Positions 1 through 10,244 are shown, numbered from the stretch's first letter. The stretch is 64,000 bases of DNA from Fidelibacterota bacterium (GCA_018650795.1 JABIFG010000118.1:17731-81730); one strand, 5' to 3'. A program made the numbers and translations. Notes: generated by a model from the sequence alone, not told the origin.

Positions 1-1
1 T

Positions 2-232
2 CGAGTTCAAATGGGTGGCCAAAGTGGTGTGATTGGTCATCTAAAGGTAGGTAATGACGTTTCCATCGCCACACGTGGCGGTGTGACCCATGATATCCCT
101 GACGGGACGATGGTTAGTGGTTTTCCCGCTCGCCTGCACAGAGATGAATTAAGAATTGAAGCAATATTGAAGAAATTACCAGAGTTGTACAAGACCGTTA
201 AAATGCTTGAAAAACAACTAAATAAAGACTAA
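2..232 (+). CDS. lpxD: UDP-3-O-acylglucosamine N-acyltransferase LpxD, C-terminal fragment (gene starts upstream of the window)
   Basis: Open frame runs off the 5' edge. The left-handed beta-helix tail and C-terminal helix (GFPARLHRDELRIEAILKKLPEL) are typical of LpxD. It sits immediately upstream of lpxC-fabZ and lpxA, the canonical lpxD-fabZ-lpxA order. Confidence 0.6.
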   Translation, partial: RVQMGGQSGVIGHLKVGNDVSIATRGGVTHDIPDGTMVSGFPARLHRDELRIEAILKKLPELYKTVKMLEKQLNKD

Positions 233-267
233 GTGAACGCTGACTGGTAATGAAGGAATAGGAATAG

Positions 268-1674
268 ATGCAGGATAGACGAGAAAATCAAAGAAGCATT
301 AAAAAAGCCGTGTCAATAGCAGGTATAGGGTTGCATACAGGCGTTAAAACTCGTATGACATTTAAACCTGCCGCTCAGAATACCGGTATTCGATTTTTAA
401 GAACGGATGTTCCCAATGCGAAACCCATTCCTGCGGATATTGACCACGTCGTTGATATATCGAGAGGGACTACTCTAGAGCATAATGGATCACGGATTCA
501 TACCACAGAACATGTATTAGCTGCTATTAGTGGTCTTGAAATTGACAATATTCTTATTGAATTGGATAATAAAGAACCACCAGTGATGGATGGATCTGCC
601 ATCCCTTTTGTGGACATCCTGCTTGATGCTGGATTTGAAGAACAGGAAGCAGCCAGGGAATATTTAGTACTTGATAAGACGATCACTTATTCTGATCCTG
701 ACAAGGGCGTCGATATTCATGCTCTCCCTTCAAATCAATTCCGTGTCACCTTCCTGATCGATTACAAGTTGCAATCGCTGGGAACTCAATACATGTCTTT
801 CTACTCGCTGGAACAGGATTTTGTGGAGCAGATTGCCCCTGCACGCACTTTCTGTTTCCTCCATGAGGTTGAAGAACTCAAAGCACAGGGTCTAATCAAA
901 GGTGGCTCCGCCGATACTGCATTGGTGATGATTGATAGGAAAATTGAAGAGTCAGAGCTAGACCGTTTACAAAAATTATTCAACATTGATGAAAAATTGA
1001 TCCAGAGTGAAAACGGAATCTTGAACGGCAAAGAATTACGCTCAAAGACTGAACCTGTTCGGCATAAGATTCTTGATTTGATTGGTGATCTCGCCCTCCT
1101 AGGAATGCCCATCCAGGGTCACATTACAGCTGCCAGAAGTGGTCATGCCAGTAATGTTGAATTGGTACGTCTCCTCAAGAAGGAATATGAAAAACAGATT
1201 CTTGCCAAACGTTTTCAAAGACGCCCCCGCGAGCGTCAAATTGTATTTGATACCGAAGCTATTATGCGGATTCTTCCCCATAGATATCCCTTCTTACTCA
1301 TAGATCGTATAATCGATTTTACACCGGGAGAAAAAATTACAGCCATCAAGAATGTCACCATGAATGAACCTTTCTTTCAGGGACATTTTCCCGGAAAGCC
1401 AGTAATGCCCGGGGTTTTAACTCTTGAGGCGATGGCACAGGCTGGAGGTGCTCTGCTCTTAAATGCCGGAGATGACCCAGAAAACAAACTGGTATTCTTT
1501 TCCGCGATTAATAATGTCAAATTCAGGAAGCTCATTGAACCTGGCGATCAAATTATATTTGAAATTGAATTATTAAAATTTCGACTCCGCTCAGCCAAAC
1601 TGAGGGGTATGGGATTTGTAGATGGTAAGCTGGTAGTTGAGGCGGATCTTATGGCCTCCATTGTAGATAGGTAA
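268..1674 (+). CDS. lpxC: Bifunctional UDP-3-O-acyl-GlcNAc deacetylase / 3-hydroxyacyl-ACP dehydratase (LpxC-FabZ fusion)
   Basis: The N-terminal half matches LpxC (HTGVKTRMTF, TTEHVLAAISGLEIDN, HKILDLIGDLALLG, HASN). The C-terminal about 150 aa is a FabZ hotdog domain (ILPHRYPFLLIDRI, FFQGHFPGKPVMPGVL). A single 468-aa ORF spans both. Confidence 0.85.
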   Translation: MQDRRENQRSIKKAVSIAGIGLHTGVKTRMTFKPAAQNTGIRFLRTDVPNAKPIPADIDHVVDISRGTTLEHNGSRIHTTEHVLAAISGLEIDNILIELDNKEPPVMDGSAIPFVDILLDAGFEEQEAAREYLVLDKTITYSDPDKGVDIHALPSNQFRVTFLIDYKLQSLGTQYMSFYSLEQDFVEQIAPARTFCFLHEVEELKAQGLIKGGSADTALVMIDRKIEESELDRLQKLFNIDEKLIQSENGILNGKELRSKTEPVRHKILDLIGDLALLGMPIQGHITAARSGHASNVELVRLLKKEYEKQILAKRFQRRPRERQIVFDTEAIMRILPHRYPFLLIDRIIDFTPGEKITAIKNVTMNEPFFQGHFPGKPVMPGVLTLEAMAQAGGALLLNAGDDPENKLVFFSAINNVKFRKLIEPGDQIIFEIELLKFRLRSAKLRGMGFVDGKLVVEADLMASIVDR

Positions 1675-1677
1675 ACT

Positions 1678-2460
1678 ATGAAATCTCGCATTCACCCAAC
1701 GGCTCTCATTAGTCCTGATAATGTAAAAATCGGGAAAAATGTTACCATTGGACCCTATGCGATTATCGAAGAAAATGTCACTATTGGTGATGGCTGTATC
1801 ATTAAAGCCCATGCACTGGTTGGCGCCCGGACTACTCTGGGCAAGAACTGTCGCTTATTCAATGGTGCCGTGGTTGGAGAGATTCCTCAAGACCTTAAGT
1901 ATGCTGACGAAGAAACTGAAACCATTTTAGGTGACAATGTAATCGTCCGTGAATATTGTACGATTCATCGTGGAACCACAGATCGTTGGAAAACCAGTAT
2001 TGGCAACAATGTTCTCATTATGGCCTATTGCCATATTGGTCATGATTGTGAAATTGGTGACAACGTCATTATTGCTAATTCCTGTAACATGGGTGGACAC
2101 GTTGAAGTCGGTGACTTTGTGATCATCGGTGGAGCTGTACCAATTCACCAGTTTGTAAAAATTGGGAAGCATGCTTTCATTGCAGGGGGCTTTAGAATTA
2201 CCAAGGATGTGCCTCCGTATATACGGGCATCCAATATTCCTCTGACCTATAATGGATTAAATTCTGTTGGTCTTCATCGACGTGGCTTCCCCAGTGAAAC
2301 CATCAATCATATCAAGCATGCCTACACCAGAATCTATCGCAGTCACATGAATGTTTCTCAGGCAGTGAAAGAGCTCAAGGCACAGACCGATATCGCAACT
2401 GAAGTTCAGGATATCCTGGATTTTATTGAAGAGAGTTCACGAGGAATTATTCGAGGCTAA
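1678..2460 (+). CDS. lpxA: Acyl-ACP--UDP-N-acetylglucosamine O-acyltransferase LpxA
   Basis: IHPTALISPDNVKIGKNVTIGPYAIIEENVTIGDGC hexapeptide repeats at the N-terminus, and an LpxA-type C-terminal helical domain. Follows fabZ. Confidence 0.85.
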   Translation: MKSRIHPTALISPDNVKIGKNVTIGPYAIIEENVTIGDGCIIKAHALVGARTTLGKNCRLFNGAVVGEIPQDLKYADEETETILGDNVIVREYCTIHRGTTDRWKTSIGNNVLIMAYCHIGHDCEIGDNVIIANSCNMGGHVEVGDFVIIGGAVPIHQFVKIGKHAFIAGGFRITKDVPPYIRASNIPLTYNGLNSVGLHRRGFPSETINHIKHAYTRIYRSHMNVSQAVKELKAQTDIATEVQDILDFIEESSRGIIRG

Positions 2461-2502
2461 TGGGCCTGAAGGATATCCTTCATTTTTTGTAATACTCGAC
2501 TT

Positions 2503-3192
2503 ATGTCATTTTCAGCTAGCAAGATTCTATTATTTATCACCCTTATCGCGTTGTTTAGTCTCCGTCTGAGTGCTGGAGATGATTTTCCTGTTTGGGACGA
2601 TACAAACTCATTTAAACAGGATCTTAAAAGTGCCACATTGGTAACAAATCTTCCCAATATCACTGAGGCAGATCACTTCTTTGGGGTGCATTTCTCTGGA
2701 TCTCAGATTCATACTAACTCCGGCTCATATCAACGGATACCGACAGCACGCCTGAGTCTTTACCCGAATCCAGGCTACAATTTGTGGGTGCAGTTCGCCC
2801 CTTGGCCAGGATCAAACCCAAATTTTTCAGTTGGAACTGGTCTTCAAGTTGAATTTAAAGGGGAAAATGTCCATCGCAGGCAAGCCATTGGACTTTCATG
2901 GAACTCTATTTTTGATGATGGCTATGTACAACGTGATGTTTCCATCCATGGGCTTTATGGATACGCATCGAAGAAGCTGAATCTTGGATTCATTGCCTTA
3001 ATTGATATGCACCATCTTGTTGTAGAAAATGGTAATGGAATTCCTGATTATGATGAAACAATACTGCTGGGTGTACCATATATTAGTTGGTTGATAGTGG
3101 ATCAATTGAGAGTATCACTTATGATACCTTACAACTCAAGTGGACCAGGAATTGTACTTGGAAGCGAGTTTATGATAGGAAAACGGAAATAA
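2503..3192 (+). CDS. Hypothetical secreted protein (signal peptide, beta-rich, aromatic-rich), embedded in the lipid A cluster
   Basis: N-terminal signal peptide MSFSASKILLFITLIALFSLRLSAG. No recognisable catalytic motif. Alternating hydrophobic/aromatic pattern suggests an outer-membrane or periplasmic beta protein. Confidence 0.4.
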   Translation: MSFSASKILLFITLIALFSLRLSAGDDFPVWDDTNSFKQDLKSATLVTNLPNITEADHFFGVHFSGSQIHTNSGSYQRIPTARLSLYPNPGYNLWVQFAPWPGSNPNFSVGTGLQVEFKGENVHRRQAIGLSWNSIFDDGYVQRDVSIHGLYGYASKKLNLGFIALIDMHHLVVENGNGIPDYDETILLGVPYISWLIVDQLRVSLMIPYNSSGPGIVLGSEFMIGKRK

Positions 3193-4341
3193 ATGGGCAG
3201 TAAAACCAAATTTATATCTGTACTTGGCGCAACTGGCAGCATCGGCGTCAATGCACTCAATGTGGTCCGTAGTTATCCCGATCTCTATCGTCTCAAATAT
3301 CTATCTGCTCATTCTCAGGCGGACCTACTGATTGAACAAGCCCTGGAATTTTCTCCCAGTGCTGTCTCAATTGGTGATGCTGACCAATACGATAAAGTCA
3401 AGAATGCCCTTCCTGGTGTGGAGGTACTTAAGGGTCGAGCAGGCTTGTTGGAACTCGCAGCCCGTGATGATGTTGATACCATGTTAAATGGTCTGGTGGG
3501 AAGTGCTGGTATGGAGCCCACGATTAAGAGTATTCAAGCTGGTGTTGATATTGCGCTTTCAAACAAGGAAAGCCTTGTGATGGCAGGTGATTTTATCAAT
3601 GGTCTGCTTAAAGAACATAAAGTCAATTTATATCCAGTTGATAGTGAGCATTCTGCCATATGGCAGTGTTTGACCGGAGAATCCTCACAGGATATAAAAC
3701 GTCTCATTGTTACAGGATCTGGTGGTCCGTTTCGCACGTTACCCGCAGAATCCTTCGACAATATTACAGTAGCTCAGGCCTTGAAACATCCCAATTGGGC
3801 TATGGGTCGCAAAATTACCATCGATTCTGCTACCATGATGAACAAAGGGCTTGAGGTTATTGAAGCACGCTGGCTTTTTCATCTGCCTGCTGAAAAGATT
3901 GATATTGTCGTACATCCCCAGAGCATTATCCATTCCATGGTTGAATTTCTGGATGGATCTGTGAAGGCGCAGTTGGGTATACCTGACATGAAAATTCCCA
4001 TTCAGTATGCTCTCAGCTATCCCCGCCACCTCAAACAGGATTGGGAACAACTTGATCTTGCAAAGATTGGCACCCTTACTTTTGAGGAACCTGATCTGAA
4101 AAAATTCAAATGCATTCAATTGGCCTTTGACGCACTGGAGCAGGGGGGCAGTGTCCCCGTGGTCTTGAATGTGGCCAATGAGGAAGCAGTCTACAGATTT
4201 CTGGATGGAGAAATCTCTTTTAACGCAATCCCAGAACTGATAATAAAAGCAATTGATGCCCACGATTTCCTTGAACACCCAAATCTAGATGATATTTTAG
4301 CTTTGGAGCAATGGACACAGGCATTTATGAAAAGGAGTTAA
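3193..4341 (+). CDS. dxr: 1-deoxy-D-xylulose 5-phosphate reductoisomerase
   Basis: ISVLGATGSIGVNALNVV NADPH-binding N-terminus, LSNKESLVMAG, and DSEHSAIWQC motifs characteristic of Dxr/IspC. Confidence 0.9.
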   Translation: MGSKTKFISVLGATGSIGVNALNVVRSYPDLYRLKYLSAHSQADLLIEQALEFSPSAVSIGDADQYDKVKNALPGVEVLKGRAGLLELAARDDVDTMLNGLVGSAGMEPTIKSIQAGVDIALSNKESLVMAGDFINGLLKEHKVNLYPVDSEHSAIWQCLTGESSQDIKRLIVTGSGGPFRTLPAESFDNITVAQALKHPNWAMGRKITIDSATMMNKGLEVIEARWLFHLPAEKIDIVVHPQSIIHSMVEFLDGSVKAQLGIPDMKIPIQYALSYPRHLKQDWEQLDLAKIGTLTFEEPDLKKFKCIQLAFDALEQGGSVPVVLNVANEEAVYRFLDGEISFNAIPELIIKAIDAHDFLEHPNLDDILALEQWTQAFMKRS

Positions 4342-4350
4342 AGAAGCTAA

Positions 4351-5550
4351 ATGGGTTTCTTCTCAGTTGATACATTAATAACAATAGCCGCAGCCATTTT
4401 TACGCTGGGTATCCTCATTTTAATACATGAACTTGGTCACTTTTTGGTAGCGCGAATGGTCGGTATCCGTGTGGAACGTTTTTCCATTGGAATGCCTCCT
4501 CGGTTCCTAAGCGTGCAAAACAAAGTGGATGGTTTGTGGATCAAACTTTTTATTCCCTGGTTTATTCAACGCATTGCCAATGCAACGACGGTTGAGTTTC
4601 GCATTCCCAGGAAAAATCCTAAGGCTGGTGATACTGAATATGCCCTGAGTTGGACCCCCTTCGGTGGCTATGTCAAGATGTCGGGGATGATTGACGAATC
4701 CATGGATGGTGAAATTACGGGAAAACCGTGGGAATTTACCAGTAAGAAGCGCTGGCAACAGTTATTGACCATCTCTGGTGGTGTCATTATGAATGCTCTG
4801 CTAGCTTTTGTCATTTTTACTGGCATCATTTATTCTACCGGAATGGAAGATCCCGTGGAGGGAACTTTTGTTGGTTCATTGGTAAGCACTGAAGCCAGAG
4901 AAGTTTTTCCTGCCGAAGAAGCTGGAATCATGGAAAATGATCAGATCGTCATGATCAATGGTCAATCCGTGACTGAGTGGGAAGAATTGACAGGGATTGT
5001 GCATGACCAACCTGGTAAGACCATTTCTGTTGAATGGTTGAGAAACGGCGTTCGCTATAGTGATTCAATCACAGTAGTTAAAGAGACTGTACCTACTGCT
5101 GAAGGTAACATTGATATCGGTATGATAGGCATCGGGCGAGTTACTGAACACACAGATCTTGGTTTTGTCGAATCAATTTCTTTTGGTGCCCGGAGCACCT
5201 ATATGTTTGGTACGCTCATGGCACGTGGATTCTGGTCCATGGTAACAGGTGCCACTTCCATGGATCAAGTGGGCGGACCCATTATGATCGCTAAAATGGC
5301 TGGAGATATGGCCCGCCGTGGATGGTTGGATGTCTTTTACTTTATGGCTATCATCAGCGTGAACCTGGCTTTCATAAATATTTTACCCATACCTGGTCTT
5401 GATGGAGGACATTTCCTCATCATCAGTATTGAAGGCATCATTCGTCGACCTTTGCCCTTAAATGTAAAATTGATTATTCAACAGGTTGGAATGTTATTCC
5501 TGCTTGGGCTGGTGTTGTTTATCACCATCCAGGACATCTCACGGTTATAG
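4351..5550 (+). CDS. rseP: RseP-family site-2 zinc metalloprotease (M50) with PDZ domain
   Basis: HELGHFLVAR HExxH motif in the first TM helix. A central PDZ-like region. NILPIPGLDGGH LDG motif near the C-terminus. Position after dxr as in proteobacterial dxr-...-rseP clusters. Confidence 0.8.
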   Translation: MGFFSVDTLITIAAAIFTLGILILIHELGHFLVARMVGIRVERFSIGMPPRFLSVQNKVDGLWIKLFIPWFIQRIANATTVEFRIPRKNPKAGDTEYALSWTPFGGYVKMSGMIDESMDGEITGKPWEFTSKKRWQQLLTISGGVIMNALLAFVIFTGIIYSTGMEDPVEGTFVGSLVSTEAREVFPAEEAGIMENDQIVMINGQSVTEWEELTGIVHDQPGKTISVEWLRNGVRYSDSITVVKETVPTAEGNIDIGMIGIGRVTEHTDLGFVESISFGARSTYMFGTLMARGFWSMVTGATSMDQVGGPIMIAKMAGDMARRGWLDVFYFMAIISVNLAFINILPIPGLDGGHFLIISIEGIIRRPLPLNVKLIIQQVGMLFLLGLVLFITIQDISRL

Positions 5551-5565
5551 ATATCCCGGCTGATT

Positions 5566-6510
5566 ATGGCAGCTCCCAAAAACAAGCCAACTTTTAAATT
5601 GGTATACTTTAGATATTTACTTGAATTCCTGCTTATGTTGGTATTCAACCTGATTCTATTTGTTTTACCCTGGACACTTACCTGGCGTCTCGGTCGAGGT
5701 TTTGGCTGGATCGCCTATAAGTTACTCACCAAGCGTAAATCCACTGTTGCACGTAATATTCGCAGGGCTTTTCCTGATCTGGGTGAATCTGAAATAGAAG
5801 CTCTGATCAGAGCTTGTTATCTACACTGGGGAGAAGGGTTTATTTCTACTCTGAAACTGTGGATGATCAGCCAACGCAAGGCGCGCTCTATAGTAGATGC
5901 ACCTGGTGTAGATGATTATGTCCTCGGTTCCATAGCGAGCCAAGAGCCTATCCTTTATTTTACAGGACACTTTGGGTCCTGGGAAATGGCTGGTCGTTAT
6001 GTAGGAGGTCTTGGTGATGGAGCAGCCTCCATTTATCGCATTCAAAAAAATCCGCTTGTTGATTGGTTTTTAACCAAGATCCGTGAATATCACCAATTGG
6101 AACTCGTAAACTCCTGGTCGGGTATACCGGCTTTTGAGGAGGCTTTAAAGCGAACCTACGGATTGGCTGTAGTGGGTGATCAGTACAAAGGCAGGAAGGG
6201 GATTCAAGTCGATTTTTTTGGTATCCCTTCCTCCACTCCACGGGGAGCCGCAATATTGACCTATCGGGCGAATCCTAAATTGGTTTTCCTGGCCTGCACC
6301 CAGCATCGTGGACGCTACAAAATTAAAATTGAAGAAATCGAATACGAACGTCCCCAGGAGATGACTGAAGCATGGGTGCACGACCTTACTCAGATGCTGA
6401 CCAGCAAACTGGAACAAGAAATTCGTAAGTATCCCGAACAATATTTCTGGTTTCACCGTAGGTGGAGAGATCTGGATCGCCGGGATAGAAAAGCCCAATC
6501 AGCTTCATGA
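5566..6510 (+). CDS. lpxL: Lipid A biosynthesis (Kdo2-lipid IVA) lauroyl/myristoyl acyltransferase, LpxL/HtrB family
   Basis: N-terminal TM anchor and the HFGSWE motif (YFTGHFGSWEMAG) typical of the LpxL/LpxM lysophospholipid-acyltransferase fold. Sits between rseP and msbA. Confidence 0.7.
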   Translation: MAAPKNKPTFKLVYFRYLLEFLLMLVFNLILFVLPWTLTWRLGRGFGWIAYKLLTKRKSTVARNIRRAFPDLGESEIEALIRACYLHWGEGFISTLKLWMISQRKARSIVDAPGVDDYVLGSIASQEPILYFTGHFGSWEMAGRYVGGLGDGAASIYRIQKNPLVDWFLTKIREYHQLELVNSWSGIPAFEEALKRTYGLAVVGDQYKGRKGIQVDFFGIPSSTPRGAAILTYRANPKLVFLACTQHRGRYKIKIEEIEYERPQEMTEAWVHDLTQMLTSKLEQEIRKYPEQYFWFHRRWRDLDRRDRKAQSAS

Positions 6511-7139
6511 ACATCATTAATCCCAGTCGTGGTGGTAACCCATTTTCTGCCGAACAAACCGCTGAAATTCAGAGGGTTTTAGGGCAGGGAAAGGTCATTG
6601 TATATCCCACTGACACGCTATATGGTCTGGGTGCTGATGCCACGTCATCTGTAGCTGTGGACATGCTCTATTCACTCAAATCTCGTGAAAATTCACCCAT
6701 ATCTGTCCTCCTGGCATCTACAGCACAACTATTTGAAATGGTCACTGACCTGAGCAAAAATGCACTCGAACTAATCGAAACTTTCATGCCCGGTGCTCTA
6801 ACAGTTATATGTAAGAGTAAATATGAATTCGCCCCACAATTGATCTCAGATAATGGCACCGTTGGATTCAGAGTTCCTGATCATAAGATTTCTTGCCTGC
6901 TACCAGAGCTGTTCGGTAAACCCATCACCACTACAAGTGTTAACCCTGCTGGGAAGAAACCAGCTTCATCAAAAGCAGACGTGGAAGCATATTACGATAA
7001 GCAAGTCGAACTCATGCTAGATATTGGACCTGTTCATCAATCAAAGGGGAGCACAGTTATCGATCTCACAACCTCGCCTTTCAAAATTCTCAGAGAGGGT
7101 GAAATCTCTCGCCAAGCACTACAGGATTTCCTAAACTAA
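6507..7139 (+). CDS. tsaC: L-threonylcarbamoyladenylate synthase (TsaC/YrdC/Sua5 family)
   Basis: VIVYPTDTLYGLGADATS motif and the size of YrdC-only proteins. Start overlaps the lpxL stop by 4 nt. Confidence 0.8.
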   Translation: MNIINPSRGGNPFSAEQTAEIQRVLGQGKVIVYPTDTLYGLGADATSSVAVDMLYSLKSRENSPISVLLASTAQLFEMVTDLSKNALELIETFMPGALTVICKSKYEFAPQLISDNGTVGFRVPDHKISCLLPELFGKPITTTSVNPAGKKPASSKADVEAYYDKQVELMLDIGPVHQSKGSTVIDLTTSPFKILREGEISRQALQDFLN

Positions 7140-7146
7140 CAGCCTT

Positions 7147-8976
7147 ATGTATTTACGCATACTCAAACTGATAAAGCCTTATTGGGCGCAAATAAGTGTC
7201 GGTATAGGATTTTCATTTATCAATGTGCTTTTCCACTCCTTGACATTGTGGTTATCCGCCTCATTCATCACCACCATTTTTGCAAATCCTGATGAACAAC
7301 TCACTACACCTGCAGAATCCCTGACAGGTAACATCGATCTTAACGAAAGATTAAAACAATTAACCAGTGAGTACTTCTTTTCAGGTACTCCTGTTGATGC
7401 TCTGGCTACACTTGCCCTGGTTATTCTATTCAGTTATTTCATTAAGTCGATTGCCTATTATGGCAACAAACTCTTCACTGGTTATGTTCAGGCTAAAGTT
7501 GTCCAGGATTTGAGACTTCGCTTATATCAGCACTTTTTAACTCAACCTTTAAGTTTCTTTCAGACACGTCGTAGTGGAGATCTTATTTCTCTCGCCATGA
7601 ATGATGTGTTGAAGGTGAATCAAGCGTTGGCTACCACCTTTCATCCCTTGGTTATTGAACCACTGTATATTGTCACCTATCTGAGCATCCTGTTTATTAT
7701 CAATTGGCAACTGACCCTGATTTCTATCCTTATCATTCCAATTACCTCATTATTTATTGCGGTAATCAGTAAAAGTATTCGACGCAAAGTGGTCCGCGTC
7801 CAGACTCAGTTGGGCGAAATCACTTCTCGTTTTACAGAGTTGATATCAGGTATTAGAATTATCAAAGCTTTTGTAAATGAAGATAATGAGAGCAAGCGTT
7901 TTGGAGGTGAAGCCCAGAAATTATTTAAGCTCATGTTCCGTCAGATCGGCTTGCAGAGTCTCTCCCTCCCGGTAACAGAAATGTTGGGCGTCAGTATGGC
8001 TGTAGTACTTTTATGGGTTGGTGGTGTTCAGGTGCTGGAACACGGAACCATCAGTAGTTCAGACTTCTTAAGGTTTATTGTTATTCTATTTGCGATCTAT
8101 CAGCCTATCCGGAATCTGGCCAAGGTGAACATCAGTATTCAGGCAGGTGTGGCAGCAGGTGGTCGGGTATTTAAGATTCTAGATATTGAACCTGCCATTC
8201 GCGATGAAAGCGACAGTAAAGATCTCGCAGCGTTTGAAAAAGAAATTCGTTTTGAATCAGTTACCTTTGTCTACGATAATTCGGACATGCAAGCCATCAA
8301 GAATCTGGATACGGTCATCCAGAAAGGGGAGGTTGTTGCCCTGGTCGGTCCATCCGGTGCCGGGAAAACAACTGTGGTGGATCTGATCCCTCGATTTCAT
8401 GATATCAATGCTGGTAGTATTAGTATTGATGGCAGCGATATTCGCAACCTGACTCGTGCCAGCATTCGACGACAAATTGGGATTGTCTCTCAGGAAACCA
8501 TTCTCTTTAACGATACGGTTTACAATAATATTGCCTACGGCATGCCTAGTAATGCTTCAGATGTTGAAGCAGCTGCCAGGCAAGCCAATGCCCATGATTT
8601 CATTCTTAACCTGGAAGAGGGATATGAAACTATGCTGGGAGAGCATGGCGCTCGCCTTTCGGGAGGTCAAAAACAGCGTATTGCCATTGCCCGCGCTCTG
8701 TTGAAAGATCCCTCAATTCTTATTCTGGACGAAGCAACTTCTGCTCTGGATACAGAATCTGAAAAAGCAGTTCAATCTGCCATTGAAACTTTGATGAAGG
8801 GACGGACTGTAATAGTCATTGCCCACCGTCTCTCTACGATTTTAAGTGCGGATAAGATTTTGGTCATGGATCAGGGTGAGATTGTGGAACAGGGCAATCA
8901 TGCAGGTTTGAGTAAAGCCGGGGGATTGTATGAGAAGTTATATCGCCTGCAGTTTGCAAAGGGTGAAACCGTCTAA
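7147..8976 (+). CDS. msbA: ABC transporter permease/ATPase, MsbA-like lipid A exporter
   Basis: Six-TM N-terminal domain followed by Walker A (GPSGAGKTT), signature LSGGQKQRIAIARAL and Walker B ILILDEATSALD. Context with lpxL. Confidence 0.8.
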   Translation: MYLRILKLIKPYWAQISVGIGFSFINVLFHSLTLWLSASFITTIFANPDEQLTTPAESLTGNIDLNERLKQLTSEYFFSGTPVDALATLALVILFSYFIKSIAYYGNKLFTGYVQAKVVQDLRLRLYQHFLTQPLSFFQTRRSGDLISLAMNDVLKVNQALATTFHPLVIEPLYIVTYLSILFIINWQLTLISILIIPITSLFIAVISKSIRRKVVRVQTQLGEITSRFTELISGIRIIKAFVNEDNESKRFGGEAQKLFKLMFRQIGLQSLSLPVTEMLGVSMAVVLLWVGGVQVLEHGTISSSDFLRFIVILFAIYQPIRNLAKVNISIQAGVAAGGRVFKILDIEPAIRDESDSKDLAAFEKEIRFESVTFVYDNSDMQAIKNLDTVIQKGEVVALVGPSGAGKTTVVDLIPRFHDINAGSISIDGSDIRNLTRASIRRQIGIVSQETILFNDTVYNNIAYGMPSNASDVEAAARQANAHDFILNLEEGYETMLGEHGARLSGGQKQRIAIARALLKDPSILILDEATSALDTESEKAVQSAIETLMKGRTVIVIAHRLSTILSADKILVMDQGEIVEQGNHAGLSKAGGLYEKLYRLQFAKGETV

Positions 8977-9464
8977 TCTTCTTTAAACTCTTCCACGTCC
9001 CTTCCCGGGTGACGAAAAGTCCATAAATCGTTCAAAAAATAATTCAAGATGGATGCAATGAAGATGGCGATCAAATTTGCCAGAAGGTAGTGAATACCTG
9101 CATAGTGGTGTAGCAAGAGCAGTATGATCCAATTGAGACCACCTGCAATCCAGCTAACTAGAGTAAACCTGATCAAGCCGGTTCGGATGGCCTGGAAGCC
9201 CTTCATCTCTCGATCTGTCCATGTAAATCTATGATTCCAGAAAAAATTGTTAAAAATAGCAATCTGAATGGCCATCAGGGATGCTATGGAGACGGGAACA
9301 TAGAGGTATTCCTTTGCGTAATATAGAATCGCGCTATTGACGACAATACCTGAAATACCTACAAAGGTGAAGGAAATAAACCGCTTGGGAAACTGTATTT
9401 GCATGGCTGAATTTAATAGTAACGTTAGGAATGGATAGACAAAAAGCTTGAGGATTGTGAGCAT
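8973..9464 (-). CDS. gtrA: GtrA-family polyprenyl-phosphate-sugar flippase-like membrane protein
   Basis: 163 aa, four TM helices, FVGISGIVVNSAILYYAKEY and NFFWNHRFTW typical of GtrA. Converges on msbA with a 4-nt overlap. Confidence 0.65.
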   Translation of the reverse strand: MLTILKLFVYPFLTLLLNSAMQIQFPKRFISFTFVGISGIVVNSAILYYAKEYLYVPVSIASLMAIQIAIFNNFFWNHRFTWTDREMKGFQAIRTGLIRFTLVSWIAGGLNWIILLLLHHYAGIHYLLANLIAIFIASILNYFLNDLWTFRHPGRDVEEFKED

Positions 9465-9484
9465 CCCGCCTAGCTTCTGAATCT

Positions 9485-10165
9485 ATGAATACAGTTAATA
9501 AATTATTGCTGCTCATCCTGCTTCTCGCAGGTACATCGGCTTTCTCTCAGACTTATACATATAAGGTTAAATATGGCTTAGTGCAGGCTGGCGTGGCTAC
9601 CCTCGTCCATAATGTGGAAGATAATGTACTGTACAGCCTCTTTGTGATTGAGTCTTCACCCTGGCTTTCGACCTTGTGGACACTTTCTGATTCTGTAATG
9701 ACCGAATATTTGATTGACCTGGGACGGCTTGTCAAACATACCAAAGCTATCCATGAAGGTTCGTATCATCGTAATTATGAGGTGACCTTCAGTGATAGCA
9801 ACCTGGCCGTTGTAAATGGGAAGGACAAAGCAGTCGATATTCAGGGACTAAGGGATATCCCCAGCCTCCTCTATGATTTGTCTCTAACCACGTTTCAGCA
9901 TGGTGACACTCTCCAATTCCGCATGTGGGATGGTCGGGGCTCAGGTGTATTAAAACTGCTAGTTGAGAAGATTGGTAAACCATCCCTGTTTAAACCCTTT
10001 GCAGAACCTGGTTGGCGTCTAACCCCACTTAACAGTACGCGAAAATCCAGAGCAAACCAGATTCAACTCTCAATGTTTTATTCAAAATCCTACCCACATA
10101 CCCCTTTAAAAATTGAGATTGACACTAAATATGGTAGCGTCCAAATGCACATTGAAGCACCTTGA
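9485..10165 (+). CDS. Hypothetical secreted protein (DUF3108-like)
   Basis: Signal peptide MNTVNKLLLLILLLAGTSAFSQ followed by TYTYKVKYGLVQAGVATL, reminiscent of DUF3108. No catalytic motifs. Confidence 0.4.
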   Translation: MNTVNKLLLLILLLAGTSAFSQTYTYKVKYGLVQAGVATLVHNVEDNVLYSLFVIESSPWLSTLWTLSDSVMTEYLIDLGRLVKHTKAIHEGSYHRNYEVTFSDSNLAVVNGKDKAVDIQGLRDIPSLLYDLSLTTFQHGDTLQFRMWDGRGSGVLKLLVEKIGKPSLFKPFAEPGWRLTPLNSTRKSRANQIQLSMFYSKSYPHTPLKIEIDTKYGSVQMHIEAP

Positions 10166-10244
10166 ATTTTTCGAAAATGATACCGACCTGAGATTTTACA
10201 TGTTATCTTGGTCTACAATTTTAATGCAATAGAAATCAAAACAA

